Source: Scyliorhinus canicula (Eukaryota). From it: 64,000 bases of DNA. The notes beneath the pieces are model-generated. The model was given only the letters and a program-made list of their open reading frames with translations. It ran no database searches and was not told the origin of the DNA. Positions 37,542 through 51,545 of the stretch are shown here, one piece after another (position 1 is the stretch's first letter; the number at the start of each line of letters is the position of its first letter). Position numbers and translations under genes: made by a program. The stretch covers positions 56,881,790 through 56,945,789 of the forward strand of contig NC_052157.1 of assembly GCF_902713615.1 (NCBI RefSeq), in the 5' to 3' direction.

Positions 37542-40500
37542 TGTTATATCTTGTACAGAGACAATTACTGAGTCAGCGTACTAAAGAACATTTGGTTCAA
37601 GACTAGTCAATTTGATTATAGTATAGGGCAGCATGTGGCGCAGTGGTTAGCACTGGGACTACGGCGCTGAGGACCCAGGTTCGAATCCCGGCCCTGGGTC
37701 ACTGTTCGTGTGGAGTTCGCACATTCTCCCCATGCCTGCATGGGTTTCACCCCCATAGCGCAAACATGTGCAGGTTAGGTGGATTGATCACGCTAAATTG
37801 CCTCTGAATTGGGGAAAAAATAATTGGGTACTCTAAATTTAAAATAAAATATTATATTATAAAATAATAAACTGTAGATAGGAAATCCTTGAGATTTCGA
37901 AGAAAACATATGATGCATTATTTCAAGAAATATTACAGATGATATGCATAACAATGTATTTTACATCATGTACAGTTGTATTGTCCATTCACAAATCCAG
38001 CCGTTCCGATTTCTTTCGGTTTCTTGTTGATCGTCTCAACTTTGGTGAAGCTGGTGAATCTGTGTGATATTTCTGAAATCTGTTTGTACATCTACTGTGC
38101 TTGTATCATTGTTCTGAACATCATTCTGTATATTGATATTTAACTCGTTCACTGCTTGTGTAAGTTTCGATGAATGTAAACTTTTATATACATCCTCGTC
38201 TTGCTGTTCAGCAACAGGTTGTTTCACTTTTAGGAGTGCTCGTCTATTTCCCCTCAGAACTTGTCCTTTTTCAGTTATCACAGTATCTGATCTTGGACCT
38301 GTTTTCTGCAATACCTTAGCACGTTTTGACCAGCCATCAGGATCCTCCACTTTCACCATGTGATCTAGTTTCAAAGGTTTCAAACTCCTGGTAGACTTGT
38401 CATAATATTCCTTTTGTTTCTTCTTCTGAGGTTCCATTTGATCTCTTATCTTCTCATTTACTCATTGCTTGGTATGGCGTGGAAGAGTTGTTCATAGTTT
38501 CCGACTCATCAACATTTCTGTTGGTGATAAACCACAACTTAATGGAGATGTTAGATACCTTAGAAGTGCTAAATATGGATCATCTTTACTGTCCATAGCC
38601 TTCTTCAGTAACTGCTTGACTATCTGAACCCCTTTTTCTGTTTTGCCATTTGATTGTGGGTTTAATGGACTTGACGTTCCATGCTTAAAATCATATTGCT
38701 GTGCAAATTCCTGCCATTCTTTACTGTTATAGCATGGTCCATTATCACTCATAACTACCTCAGGTATTCCATGTCGTGCAAACGTTGCTTTTGTGTGCAT
38801 GATTACACAATTTGATGATGAGCTAGATAATTGTGCTACTTCTGGATAATTTGAGTAATAGTCTACTACTAGAGAATATTCTTCACCCTCAAGGTAGATT
38901 AGGTCTAGCCCAACCTTTTGCAAAGGAACTGATACAATTTTATCTATTTCAATCGGTTCCTTTGCTTACCGATATTGATGTTGTTGACAAGTGGTACATT
39001 TTTCCGCCATGTTCTGTATGTGTTTATTTATTCCCAGCCAATATACAGTATCTCACATTCGTCGCTTGCATTTCTCAATTCCAAGGTGACCCTCAAGAAT
39101 CTTTTGCAGTATTTCCTTGCACAGAGACTGTGTAATTACGATTCTCTATTGCCTCAGTAACAAACCATTTGCCAAACCTGGCTCTGATCGTATGTGATGA
39201 TAGTTAGAACATGAACCTTTCGGCCATCAATTGTTGAGGTTGTGTATCACCATTTGTAATACTTAATCCTTCTCTGTTTCTTCTACAATCAGTTTTGACT
39301 TTGCATCCGACACTGGTAGTGTTTCCGTAATCATATCTACATGAACCTGCATATCCTCTCCCATGGAATTGTCATCTGGTGCTGTTGTAGCTCGAGACAA
39401 CGCATCTGCTACTAGAATGTGCTTGTCTGATGTAGAGATTAATTCAATGTCATATCTCTGACGTTTCATCATTAGACATTGAATACGAGATGACCTATCA
39501 CTGAGATTCTTCTTGATTATTGCAACCAGTGGTCTATGATCTGTCTCGGCAATGAACGTAGGTAGACCATATACGTAGCTATGGAATTTCTCCAAAGCAT
39601 TCACTAGCCTTAAATACTCTTTTTGTATTTATGTATAACGACATTCAGAGTCTGTCATAGATCTTGAAGCATATGTTGCTGGTTTCCAATCACGACCATT
39701 TTCCTGTTGCAGCAATATTGCACCTAGATTATCCTTCAATGCAACTGTTGAAATCTTAGTATTTTTTGTTGGATCGAGAAAGGTTAATACTGGTGTTGTT
39801 GTTCGAGCTTTCTTTAATGTGATCCATTCTTGTTCATACTGTTCAGCTTAAGTGAAGTTATTCACTTTCTGCAGGATATCTTGATGACATACTGTCTTTG
39901 CTGAGAGATTTGGTATGAACTTTCCAATGAAGTTGATCGTGCCCAGTAGTCTTAGTACTCCCTTTTTATCTGTAGGTCAAGGCATATTTATGATGGCTTG
40001 TATCTTCATGTCATCAAGTTCTATTCCTTGACCAGATAATCTGTGTGCTCAGAACGTTATTTCCTTTACACCAAACTGACATTTGGCTTATTGAGTCGTT
40101 GCCCATTTCTTTTGACATTTTGCAATATCCTAATTAGCCTGTTATTGTGATCCTCTTGGATGTCATCGCTGTATACTCAAACACCCTGAATGCCTTCAAC
40201 AATGTGGTATTCATCCAGCGGAGCTGCTGATTGGCTGTTGCGGGGAAAATATGCATCAGTGCATTGCGGTCACCGTATCTTAAAGGTGGTATGTGGAGGA
40301 GCTGTTGTTAAGTGACGGTTATTGGATAGGCACATGGAGCACATCAGAATGACAGGGAGTGGGATAGCTTGATCTTGGTTTCGGACAATGCTCGGCACAA
40401 CATCGAGGGCCAAAGCGCCTGTTCTGTGCTGTACTGTTCTATGTGTTCCATCGTCTGTGGAATATTTCAACACTGAGCTTCTGCCAAAGGACATACAAAA

Positions 40501-42424
40501 AAAGCAATATTGACCAAATAGATTATTGAACGCACAGTACTTGGTACTTTCTTCATCTTGCTTAAGCGGCCAGAATCCTTGCAAAGCATCAAGTTTGTTG
40601 AAATATCTTGCACCAGACATCTCACTTGTGATCTCCTCTCTTTTAGGTATCGGATATTGTTCTCTTTTCATATTTTCATTTAAATCTTTGGGATCCATAG
40701 ATATTCGAAGATATTGTTTATTTTTTTTAACATATACCATCGAATGACCCAATCTGTCAGCTTTTCAATCTTTTTTATAATGCCAAGATATGTCACCTTG
40801 TAAAATTCTGCCTTTAGGCGGTCATGTAATGGTGCTTGAACTCTTCTCGCAGCATGTATCACTGGTTAAGCAGCATTTTTTACTTGAATCTTGTAAGTGA
40901 AAGGTAAAACACCAAAACCCTGGAATATTTCTGGAAAAGCTTGCACAATGGACTCCACCGATCCACTGTGTGTGCTCAGTGCACAGTCAGTGCTATACAT
41001 TATTTTACCATTTCCAGTGCTTTACACACTTCATCACCTAATAGCGGCTTATGATCTTCAGCTACTATCGAGAATTTTACTTTGTGAACTTTATCTTTTA
41101 CTTGGACATCCAATTCACACATTCCCATGTGTCAATTTCCTGACCATTATCGTCCTTCAAGAAGATCGGTTTGTTCAATATTCTCGGTTTTAATTGCATT
41201 GTCTTGATATCACTGATGCTTACGAGATTTGCTCTTGTTCCTGTGTCTAACTTCACAATGGTAAGCGATCGATTTATCAACAAAGAAACTGTCCATTTGT
41301 CTTTTGTCACTGTTGCATTATCATTTTTATCACTTTTTGTCCTTGTAAGCAACATTTTATTCTTTCTGGCTGTGTTTGTCTTGTCTTCATCCGAGTCGAC
41401 ATCAACAAACAAAGGTCTTCCAAATTAATGTCATCAAATGTATTAATTGACTTCCTTGCATTAACCTTTTTGCTTGTGAAACATTGTTTCGCAAACTGAT
41501 TATTTTCTTTGCACTTTTGTGCACATTTACCAACTGCTGGACATTGCCTCGGTAGGTATCTTCTCAATTAAATTCATTCTCCCGTAAGAGACGTTCACGC
41601 ACCTTATCATCATTTACTCCAAAGTCAATTTAATCCCGAATCAGTGAGGATTTAAAAGTCGCAAACTTCCATGTTTGTGCTTTTAACTTGAGGTTGGCAA
41701 GAAAGCTATCAAAGGACTTGTCCGTCTTCTCCATGCGCATTCTAAATATATATCGCTCAAAAGTTTCATTCATTTTCAGCGTGCAATGTTCATTTTTTTT
41801 ATGAGGTCATCAAAATCTTTACTATCATCCTCTTCTTCATATAAATATCAATCGCCTGCAGGACTGCCACCGTTAGCAACAACGCAATCTTTCTTTCATT
41901 TGGCTGCACCTGCAATCCTATAGCTTCTACATATAGTGTAAACTGTTGTTTAAATGCGCACCAATTGCCACCAATATTACCGGTTACTCAAAGTTGTTCA
42001 GGAGTTTCTAAACTTTCCATCTTCTTCTTGCACTGGATTTGCATGTCCTTCGATAGCCATGTTTTCCTTGTAGTGCCATTCCACCAAATTTGAAGACTGT
42101 GTCCTTCAAATCTCCCCACTTCTGATCTTTTAGCTTTTGATCATCACCCCTGGTACCATGTTATGTTCTGGCACAGGGACAATTACTGAGTTGGCGCACT
42201 AAAGAACATCTAGTTCAAGACAAGTTGATTTTATTATAGTATAATAAACTGTGGGTAGGAAACTAATGCCATATAACTGGAACTAATACAAATATGACTT
42301 ACCACGACGATTGTTCCCTCAGACTGCCCCCAGATTACAGTGTCAAGTGCTAATACTTGCCTGGCACCTACTGGTCAGAGGCTATACCTATTTTCACACT
42401 CACTTGCTTTTGCATATCATTACA
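37542..42424 (-). mobile_element. Gypsy LTR retrotransposon, near full-length but degenerate
   Basis: 5-bp TSD CCCTG; 5' LTR 42159-42424 followed by a PBS tggtaccagg (tRNA-Leu(UAA)-like); gag ~41450-42110; protease KLDTGTRAN; RT YFNKLDA; RNase H ETDHRPL; integrase VVDYYS/SDNGP/NGKTEKGV; partial 3' LTR 37542-~37885 containing a SINE (37626-37850). Confidence 0.92.
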
Positions 42425-42464
42425 CCCTGGGGATCCTGAGTTTCAAGCTTCTCCCTGCACAGAA

Positions 42465-44355
42465 TAACAGATAGCCGGGAGTGGGTGACAGACTGAAATT
42501 TAATCAAGGGGTTCGGGGTGGTTTACATATAGAGTAACAGATATCCAGGAGTGAGTTACAGGATGGAATTTAATAGAAGGGTTCGGGTTGGTATAAAATA
42601 TACCCGGCAGTTAGATACAGACTGGGATCTAATTGAGGGGTTCAGTTCGGTTTATATATAAAATAACAAATACCCAGGAGTGAATTACAGAATGGAATAT
42701 AATCAAGGGGTTATACAGAATAACAGATACCCGGGAGTGAGTTACAGACAGGAATCTAATTGAGGTGTTTGGGATGGTTTACATATACCATAACAGATAC
42801 CCGGGAGAGAGTTACAGATTAGAAATCTAATTGAGGGATTCGGGATGGTTTATATATAGAATAATAGATACCCGGGAGTGAGTTACAGACTCGAATCTAA
42901 TCGAGGGGTTCAGGGTGGTTTATATACAGAACAACAGATACCCGGAAGTCAGTTACAGACTGGAATCTAATCGAGGGGTTTGGGGTGATTTATATATAGA
43001 ATAACAGATACCCGAGAGTGAGTTACAGACTGGAATCTAATCGAGGGGTTTGGGGTGATTTATAGAATAACAGATACCCGAGAGTGAGTTACAGACTGGA
43101 ATCAAATCGAAGGTTTTGGGTTGGTTTATATATAGAAAAACAGACACCCGGAGTGCGTTACAGACTGGAATCTAATCGAGCGGTACGGGGTGGTTTATAT
43201 ATAGAATAACAGATACCCGGGAGTGAGTTACAGACTGGAATCTAATCGAGGGATTCAGGGGGGTTTATATGTAGAATAACAGATGCCCGGGAGTGAGTAA
43301 CAGACTGGAACCGAATCAAGGGGTTCAGGGTGGTTTAAATATAAAATAACAGATACCCAGGGGTGAATTACCCCTGGAAATTCTGGAATCTATTAAAGGA
43401 GTTTGGGATGATTTAGATATTGAACAACAGATACCCGGGAATAAGTTACAGACTGGAAACTAATTGAGAGAATCTCGGTGGTTTACAGATAGAATAACAG
43501 ATATCCAGGAGTGACTTACAGACTGGAATATAATCAAGGTGTTATGGGGGGTTTATATATAGAATAACAGATACTCGGTAGTGAGTTACAGACTGGAAAC
43601 TAATCAAGAGTTTCGGGATGGTTTACATATAGAATAGCAGATACCCGGGAGTGAGTTACAGACTGGAACCTAATCGAGGTGGATGGGATGGTTTATATAT
43701 AGAATAACAGATACCTGGGAGTGAGTTGTTTTGTTACCTGTAGAGATGGTAACTCAGTTACAGTAGACGCTCTGGAAAGAAGGCTAGAAGTCGTCCAGAA
43801 GTTTGATGGTAGGTTTATTGAGCAACACAACTTAAATAACTGCGTGAGCTCTTACTTAAAGAACTGCACTTGTAAATGAGGTTACAACTTTTCTATGCTC
43901 TGCAACTAGGCCTGACCACACTAGCAGCCCTGAGCTAAATTTCTGTTCCTGTTCCCCTCACAGTCACATCAGCCAAAGTCCAGGGGCAGGGCCGTCGGCG
44001 TCACTTTTATACATGCCCGTGCTGGCCCCTGGTGGTCTTTCCATTACCCATCAGCCCCGTCTGTACAAACTCAAGTCAGGATCACTACATGAGTTACAGA
44101 CTGGAATCTAATCGAGGGGTTTGAGGTGGTTTATATATAGAATAACAAACTCCTGGGAATGAGTTACAGACTAGAATCTGATCGAGGGGTTTGGGCTGGT
44201 TTATTCACAGAATAGCAGATACCCTGGAGTGAGTTATTGACTTGAATTTAATCGAGGGGTTCGCAGTGGTTTATATATAGAATAGCAGATACCAGGTAGT
44301 GACTTATTGACTGAAATCTAATCAAGAGATTTGGGTGGTTTCTATGTAGAATAAC
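42465..44355 (-). repeat. ~69-bp satellite array (reverse orientation to 11955-12485)
   Basis: Repeated gtttatatatagaataacagatacccgggagtgagttacagactggaatctaatcgagggg. Confidence 0.95.
43727..44089. mobile_element. Solo LTR inserted in the satellite
   Basis: TG...CA (tgttttgttacc...cactaca) with 5-bp TSD TGAGT (43722-26, 44090-94). Confidence 0.88.
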
Positions 44356-44384
44356 AGAGACCTGGGAGTGAGTTTCTGATGCGC

Positions 44385-46230
44385 CTGGAGAGCTGCCTGC
44401 CAGGAGTGATCGCAGAAGATCAGACCGGGTTTGTGACGGACAGACAACGAACAGCGAACATCAGATGCCTGCTGAACGTAATAATGACCCCATCCGGGAT
44501 GATGACACCAGAGGTGATCATCTCCCTGGATGTGAAAAAGCCTTTAATCGAATAGAATGGAGGTACCTCATGAAGGTGCTTAAATGGTTTGGGTTCGGAG
44601 CAGGGTTCAACGTATGGGAGAAACCTCTGTACAGTTCTCCCATGGCGGGCAGACGGATGAACAGCAGCAGCTCTGAGTATTTTCAGTTGCAGAGGGGAAC
44701 GAGGCAGGGGTGCCCATTATCCCCGCTCCTGTTGAGCCACTGGCCATCGCCCTTAGATCAGCAAAGTGGTGGACAGGCATTCAGAGAGGGGGCAGAGAGC
44801 ATAGAGTTCACTCGATGCGGATGGCCTGCTCTTCTACTTGAACCTCCAGGCCGCACGGGAAAGATAACAAAACTCCTTAGAGAGTTCGGAGCCTTCACAG
44901 GTTACAAACTCAACCTGGGCAACAGCAAAATGTTCCCAGTGAATTCCCAAGAGGGAGGAGCAGAGCTGGAGGAACTACCGTTTATTATGACCCAAACCAA
45001 ATTCAAGTAACTGGGGATACAGATAGCTCACAAATGACCCTCTCCAACCTGACTCATTCCCTCTGTTCCTTGCGCAAAGGGTAGAGACGGTCAAAATGAA
45101 CATGCAGCCCAGGTTCCTCTTCATATTCAAACCGCTCCCGATCTTCATCAAGGACATGTATGAGGACAGTAGAGTAGCATCCTGGGCGAACTATCGGAGA
45201 AATTCGGAAAGGAAGCAGACTCCGAAACTTGCAGCCGTGAAATTTTCTCCGCAAGGAGACCAAAACATTCCCTCAGCTGCCCGGTTTACTCACTTTTAGA
45301 TACGATGCCAACACCGGACGCTTGGGGAGAGACAAATGTGGCGACATATTTGGAATTTTGGAAAAAGTCAGGGCCCCACTGGACGAAAGGCAATGGAAAT
45401 AGGGGGGAAGCTGGGCGTGGAGATAGGGGGAGGACTCTGGATTGAGGTACTGCATAGGGTCAACTCCACCTCCTCTTGCGCAGGACTAAACCGAATGCAA
45501 CTCAAGGGTAGTGCACGGATTGCACCTCACCAAGACACGGATGAGGGGATTCTTCCTGAAGGTAGAGGGCAAGTGCAAGCAGGGTCAGGGGGGTCTGGCC
45601 AACCACACCCACATGTTCTGGTCACGCCCCTGACTTAATGAGTGCTGGGCAGCCTCCTTCGAGGCCATGTCCGAGGTGGTCGGGGTTGAAATGGAGCCAT
45701 GCCCATTTGTGGCGGTCTTCGGAGCGGCAGAACACCCAGAGCTCTTCACAGGGAGAGGAGCGGTTACTCGAGCGGTCACCTCCCTGATTGCTGGTGGAGT
45801 CTTCTGCTTGGGTGGAAGTTGGCAACTCCACCCAAGGCCTCCGTAAGACACAGGAGCAAAATTAGGCCACTTGGCCCATCGAGGCTGCTCCACCATTCAA
45901 TCATGGCTGATATTTTTCTCATCTCCATTCTCCTGCCTTCTTCCCATAACCCCTGACCCCCTGGCTCTCCGACCTGGCTGAATTCACAAAGTCGAAAAAA
46001 ATAAAATTGATAATCAGGGGATCCGAGGAGAGATTCTCCTGCATGTGGATAAAATTTACCAGCCCCTTTGGAGACCTGCTCGTAACCAGCATCTGCGGGG
46101 GGGGGGTTAACAGAACAAAAAGGAGGGGGATATGGGAGAGGGGAGGGATGGTGGAGGGGGTAGGGGGGCGAGGAGGAACTGCCAAAGGGAAGGGGCAACG
46201 TACACAACATAGAGAAAAAAAGAGGAAGTA
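44385..46230 (+). mobile_element. Tx1/L1-clade LINE ORF2 3' part, degenerate
   Basis: EKAFNRIEW, RGTRQGCPLSPLL, FGAFTGYKLN, WLSDLAEF C-terminus. Confidence 0.88.
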
Positions 46231-46519
46231 GGCCCTGCACTTGGAGGGGCACAGCCATCCCACGCATTAAGAAACAGGGAAACAGATGTCCTTCCTCATC
46301 CTTTGTATTCAGTTATCGGAGTTTCTATATGACTCTCTTCGCCACTGTAAATAATATGTTCTCTTTTCCTCAGCATGTATGATCGACCCTGCATGATGTA
46401 AAGCTTGGTTCCCTAACTGTTATATTTTCCACTTCTTTCAGCAACAGCTATTTATACACAGTCCCTAATATCAGTTACTCACCAACCAGTCAGCTCACCG
46501 CTTGTCTCTAATGTTACTG

Positions 46520-49500
46520 GAGATTTCTGGCCCAGGAGAACTGCTGCATCCTTTCCCCAGTGTAGGCCCAACTAGGTCCTACAGATCCGACCACGTGACC
46601 TGTCCCAACCACGTGTTATTCAGCCTCTCCATCATCCTGAAGCACCTGAAGGAAGAAAAGGTAAACGACGGGACCTTTCCGGACCCCCACCAAGGCCAAC
46701 CTCAGCGTGACTAGGCCGCGGGAGCACGGGGCCTCACCAACGAAGTGGGAATGCCGAGCCAACCCCGGAGCGACAGGTACCTGCCCGTCCCCACCGGAAG
46801 GTGAACCCAACCTCACCACCCCATGAGACCAGACCGGCCGACCCACAGCCCCCTCCAGTGACCCTGACACCGCCACCATCATCCACGAACCCGTCGAGCG
46901 CAATCACCTACCTTACGCAAAGCCAGCCCTGCCAGCCGAGAGCAGCCGTCGACCCAGGAAGCGGGGGAAACGCGCCAGCCTGAAGGTGAAACTTAAATTA
47001 CGCGGCTTCATGACTCCTCTCCCCAGTGTACTCCTGGCAAACGTCCAAACGATTGAAAACAAGCTGGACGACCTCAACGCTAGACTTACCTCCCAGAGAG
47101 AAATGAGAAACTACTATGTGCTCTGCTTCACCAAGACATGGCTCACTCTGGCCACACCAGACTGCGCCATCCAACCCGAAAGTTTTTCAGTCCACCGAAT
47201 GGACTGCACGAAGGCCTCAGGCAAGTCGAAGGGCGGGGGTGTTTGCCTCCTGGTGCTCGGACGTGGTGTCCCTCACGTGCCATTGCTCCCCAGACCTAGA
47301 ATACCTAACCATGAAGTGTCGCCCCTTCTACCTCCCATGTGAATTCACCTGTGTACTTATCACAGCAGTCTACAGCCCACCCCAGGCGGAAGTGAAGAAA
47401 GCACTTGACGAACTACATTCCACCATCAACAACCAAGAAACAAATCACCCTGAAGCCCTGACAATCGTGGCTAGAGACTTCAACCAGGCAAACCTCAGGA
47501 AGGTCCTACCCAACTCCATCAATATATCTCCTGCTCCACCAGAGGTGTAAACACCCTGGACCATTGCTACACGAGCATCAAAGGTGCCTATCGCTCCATT
47601 CCCCGACCACACTTTGGCAAATCCGACCACAAGTCAGTATTCCTACTTCTGGCTTACAAGCAACAACTCAAGCATGCTGAGGCAGTCAAGAAAACCATGC
47701 AGTGCTGGTCCAAGGCATCAGAGGGCATTCTCCACGACTGCTTAGAGACTGTGGACTGGTCCATGCTCAAGGCCATGGCAGCTAACCTGGATGAATACGC
47801 AACCATCATCACAGACTTCATCAGTAAGTGTGTTGAGGAGTGTGTACCAAAGAAGACAATACGGGTATTCCCCAATCGGAAACCCTGGCTCAACCAAAGT
47901 GTTCACTCCCTGCTGGAGTCCTGGACGGAGGTGTTCAAGTCTGACGACCCTGACCTATATAGGAAATCCAGGCACGACGTACGGAAAGCCATCAGGGATG
48001 CAAAAAGACAATACCGCATCAAACTAGAGTCCCAGGCCAACGACACACGCCCACGACGACTATGGCAGGGCCTACACAAGATCGTAGGCTATAAAGCAAG
48101 GCCAAGCGGAATATCTGGGGCTGGAGCATCCCGACCCGATGATCTGAACAAGTTCTGTGCCCGCTTTGAGCAGTCAGCCAATGTATCAGTGCCACCCACC
48201 CCTACAGCCCTGGACACACCCATATCCACTATTACTGCCTCAGAGGTAAGAGCTGCCTTCTTGAAAGTGAATCTGCGGAAAGCAGCGGGCCCCAATGGAG
48301 TCCCTGGGCGAGCACTCAGAGCCTGCGCAGACCAGCTGGCGAGTGTATTCGCAGCTATCTTCACCACCTCACTCCCCCGATCTGAGGTCCCCACCTCCTT
48401 CAAGAAGACCACCATAATACCAGTACCAAAGAGGAACAAGGTAGCCTGTCTCAACGACAACTGACCGGTGGCCCTAACGTCTGGTGTCATGAAATGCTTC
48501 GAGCGGCTAGTCATGAGACGGATCACTGCCAGCCTCCCAGACGGTCTCGATCCACTGCAGTTTGCCTATCACCCCAACCGGTCCACGGCAGATGCTATCT
48601 CCCTGGCTCTATAATCAACATTCGAACACCTCGACAACAAGGACACCTATGTAAGACTGCTGTTCATAGGCTACAGCTCCGTCCTCAACACCATTATCCC
48701 AACAAGACTAATAACCAAACTCGGCAATTTTTGACTTGACCCTTCCCTGTGTAGCTGGATCCTCGACTTCCTCACCAACAGACCGCAATCTGTCAGCATA
48801 GGCAACAGCACCTCCTCCACAATAGTCCTCAACACCGGAACCCGCAAGGATGTGTGCTCAGTCCTCTACTGTACTCCCTATACACACATCACTGTGTGGC
48901 AAGATTTAACTCCAACTCAATCTATAAGTTTGCGGATGATACGACTGTAGTGGGCCATATCTCAAACAAAGACGAATCAGACTACAGGAGGGAGATAAAT
49001 CACTTGGTTACATGGTGTACTGAAAACTCTCTCGAAATGTTGGAAAGACCAAGGAACTGATCATCGACTTCAGGAAGCGCAGCACAACACACACTCCCAT
49101 CTGCATCAATGGCTCCGAAGTGGAGATGGCTTTAAGTTCCTGGGGGTGACCATCACCAACAGTCTGTCCTGGTCCACTCGCGTTGATGCAACAGTCAAGA
49201 AAGCCCAACAACGTCTCTACTTCCTACGGAAGCTGAAGAAATTTGACATGTCTGTATCGACTCTCACAAACCTCTACAGATGTGCCATAGAGAGCATCCT
49301 ATCCAACTGCATCACAGCTTGGTATGGCAACTGCTCGGCCCAAGATCGCAAGAAACTGCAGACTGTGATGAACTCAGCCCAACGCATCACACAAACTTTC
49401 CATCCCTACATTGATTCTGTATACACCGCCCGCTGCCTCAGGAAGGCAGGCAGCATTATCAGAGACCCCTCCCACCCAGGCATTGCCTTCTTCCAGACCC

Positions 49501-50040
49501 TTCCATCAGGCCGAAGGTACAGAAGCCTGAAGACTCACACATCCAGACATAGGAACAGCTTCTTCTCCATGGCTACAAGACTCCTCAACGGCTCCCCCTC
49601 AGACTAATCTGTTCCCTGTAAGAACACTGTTCACGACGCCCTATGCTGCTCTTGCTCATGTATTTGCTTTGTTTGGCCCCTTGTTCCGCACTGTAACCAA
49701 TCACTGTTTGTCGATGTACCATTTGTCAATGTACTCTGTCGATTATTCTTTTTGAAATGAATGGAAATTGCTTATTGTCACAAGTTTCAAATGAAGTTAC
49801 TGTGAAAAGCCCCTAGTCACCACATTCCGGCGCCTGTTCGTGGAGGCTGGTATGGGAATTGAACCATGCTGCTGGCCTGCCTTGGTCTGCTTTAAAACCA
49901 GCTCTTTAGCCCTGTGCTAAACCAGCCCCTACTATTGTCTACTATGTCCGTACTGTGTACGTTCCCTCGGCCGCAGAAAAATACTTTTCACTGTACTTTC
50001 GATACATGTGACAATAAATCAAATCAATCAATCAATCAAT
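46520..50040 (+). mobile_element. Rex1-type LINE, near full-length with stops and frameshifts; SINE at ~49755-49930
   Basis: LLANVQTIENKL endonuclease, [37 protein letters not shown], (aatc)n tail; 5' boundary uncertain. Confidence 0.92.
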
Positions 50041-51545
50041 TTCCCTCTATTCCCATCCTAGTCATATAATTTGTCAAGATGTCCCTTAAAAATCACTGTC
50101 ATATCTGCTTCCACTACTTTCCTTGGCAGCGAGTTCCAAGCTCCCACCACCCTCATGGCGTGGCTGTTCCACCATAAAGTCTTTGCTCCCAGTCTACCTT
50201 AGCTAGTTCTTCTCTCATCCCATTGTAATCTCCTTTGTTTAAACACAAAACACTATTATTTGATTTTACATTCTCACCCTCCATCTGTATTTTAAATTCC
50301 ACCATATTGTGATCGCTCCTTCCGAGAGGATCCCTAACTATGAGATCATGAATCAATCCTGTCTCATTACACAGGACAAGATCTAGGACCGCTTGTTCCC
50401 TCATAGGTTCCATTACATACTGTTCTAGGAAACTATCGTACATTCTATAAACTCCTCCTCAAGGTTGCCTTGACCGACCTGGTTAAACCAATCGACATGT
50501 AGATTAAAATCCCGCATGATAACTACTGTACCATTTCTACATGCATCAGTTATTTCTTTGTTTATTGCCTGCCCCACCATAACATTACTATTTGGTGGCC
50601 GATAGACTACTCCTATCAGTGACTTTTTCGCCTTACTATTCCTGATTTCCACTCAAATGGATTCAACCTTATCCTCCATAACACCGATGTCATCCCTTAC
50701 TATTGCCCGGATGTCATCCTTAAATAACAGAGCAACACCACCTCCCTTACCATCCACTCTATCCTTCAGAATAGTTTGATACCCTCGGATATTTAACTCC
50801 CAGTCGTGACCATCCTTTAACAATGTTTCAGTAATGGCCACTAAATCATAGTCATTCACGATGATTTGTGCCATCAACTCATTTACTTTATTCCGAATAC
50901 TACGAGCATTCAGGTAAAGTACACTTATAGAACATAGAACAGTACAGCACAGAACAGGCCCTTCGGCCCTCAATGTTGTGCCGAGCCATGATCACCCTAC
51001 TCAAACCCACGTATCCACCCTATACCCTTAACCCAACAACCCCTCCCCCCTTAACCTTACTTTTATTAGGACACTACGGGCAATTTAGCATGGCCAATCC
51101 ACCTAACCCGCACATCTTTGGACTGTGGGAGGAAACCGGAGCACCCGGAGGAAACCCACGCACACAGGGGGAGGACGCGCAGACTCCACACAGACAGTGA
51201 CCCAGTCGGGAATCGAACCTGGGACCCTGGAGCTGTGAAGCATTTATGCTAACCACCATGCTACCCTGCTGCCCCAACTTATGATGGTTTTTTTTACCTC
51301 TGTTTTGAATCTTAACATCTCCAGTTTTATTCCTTTTAGTATTACTGGGCCTATTCACTGAGCTCCCCTCAGTCACTGTACCTTGTACTGTCGCCCTTAT
51401 TGATTTTTGACTTTGTCTTCTCTGCCTTGCACTTTTCCCCTTACTTCCTTTTGCTTCTGTCCCTGTTTTACCACCATCCAACTTCCTGCCACATTAGTTT
51501 ATACCCTCCCCAACAGCTCTAGAAAACATCCCTCCTAGGACATCG
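50041..51545 (-). mobile_element. CR1 LINE endonuclease/ORF1 fragment with a SINE at ~50928-51272
   Basis: LYLNARSIRNK, VAITET, GVVYRPP, LGRSDHNMV. Confidence 0.9.
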
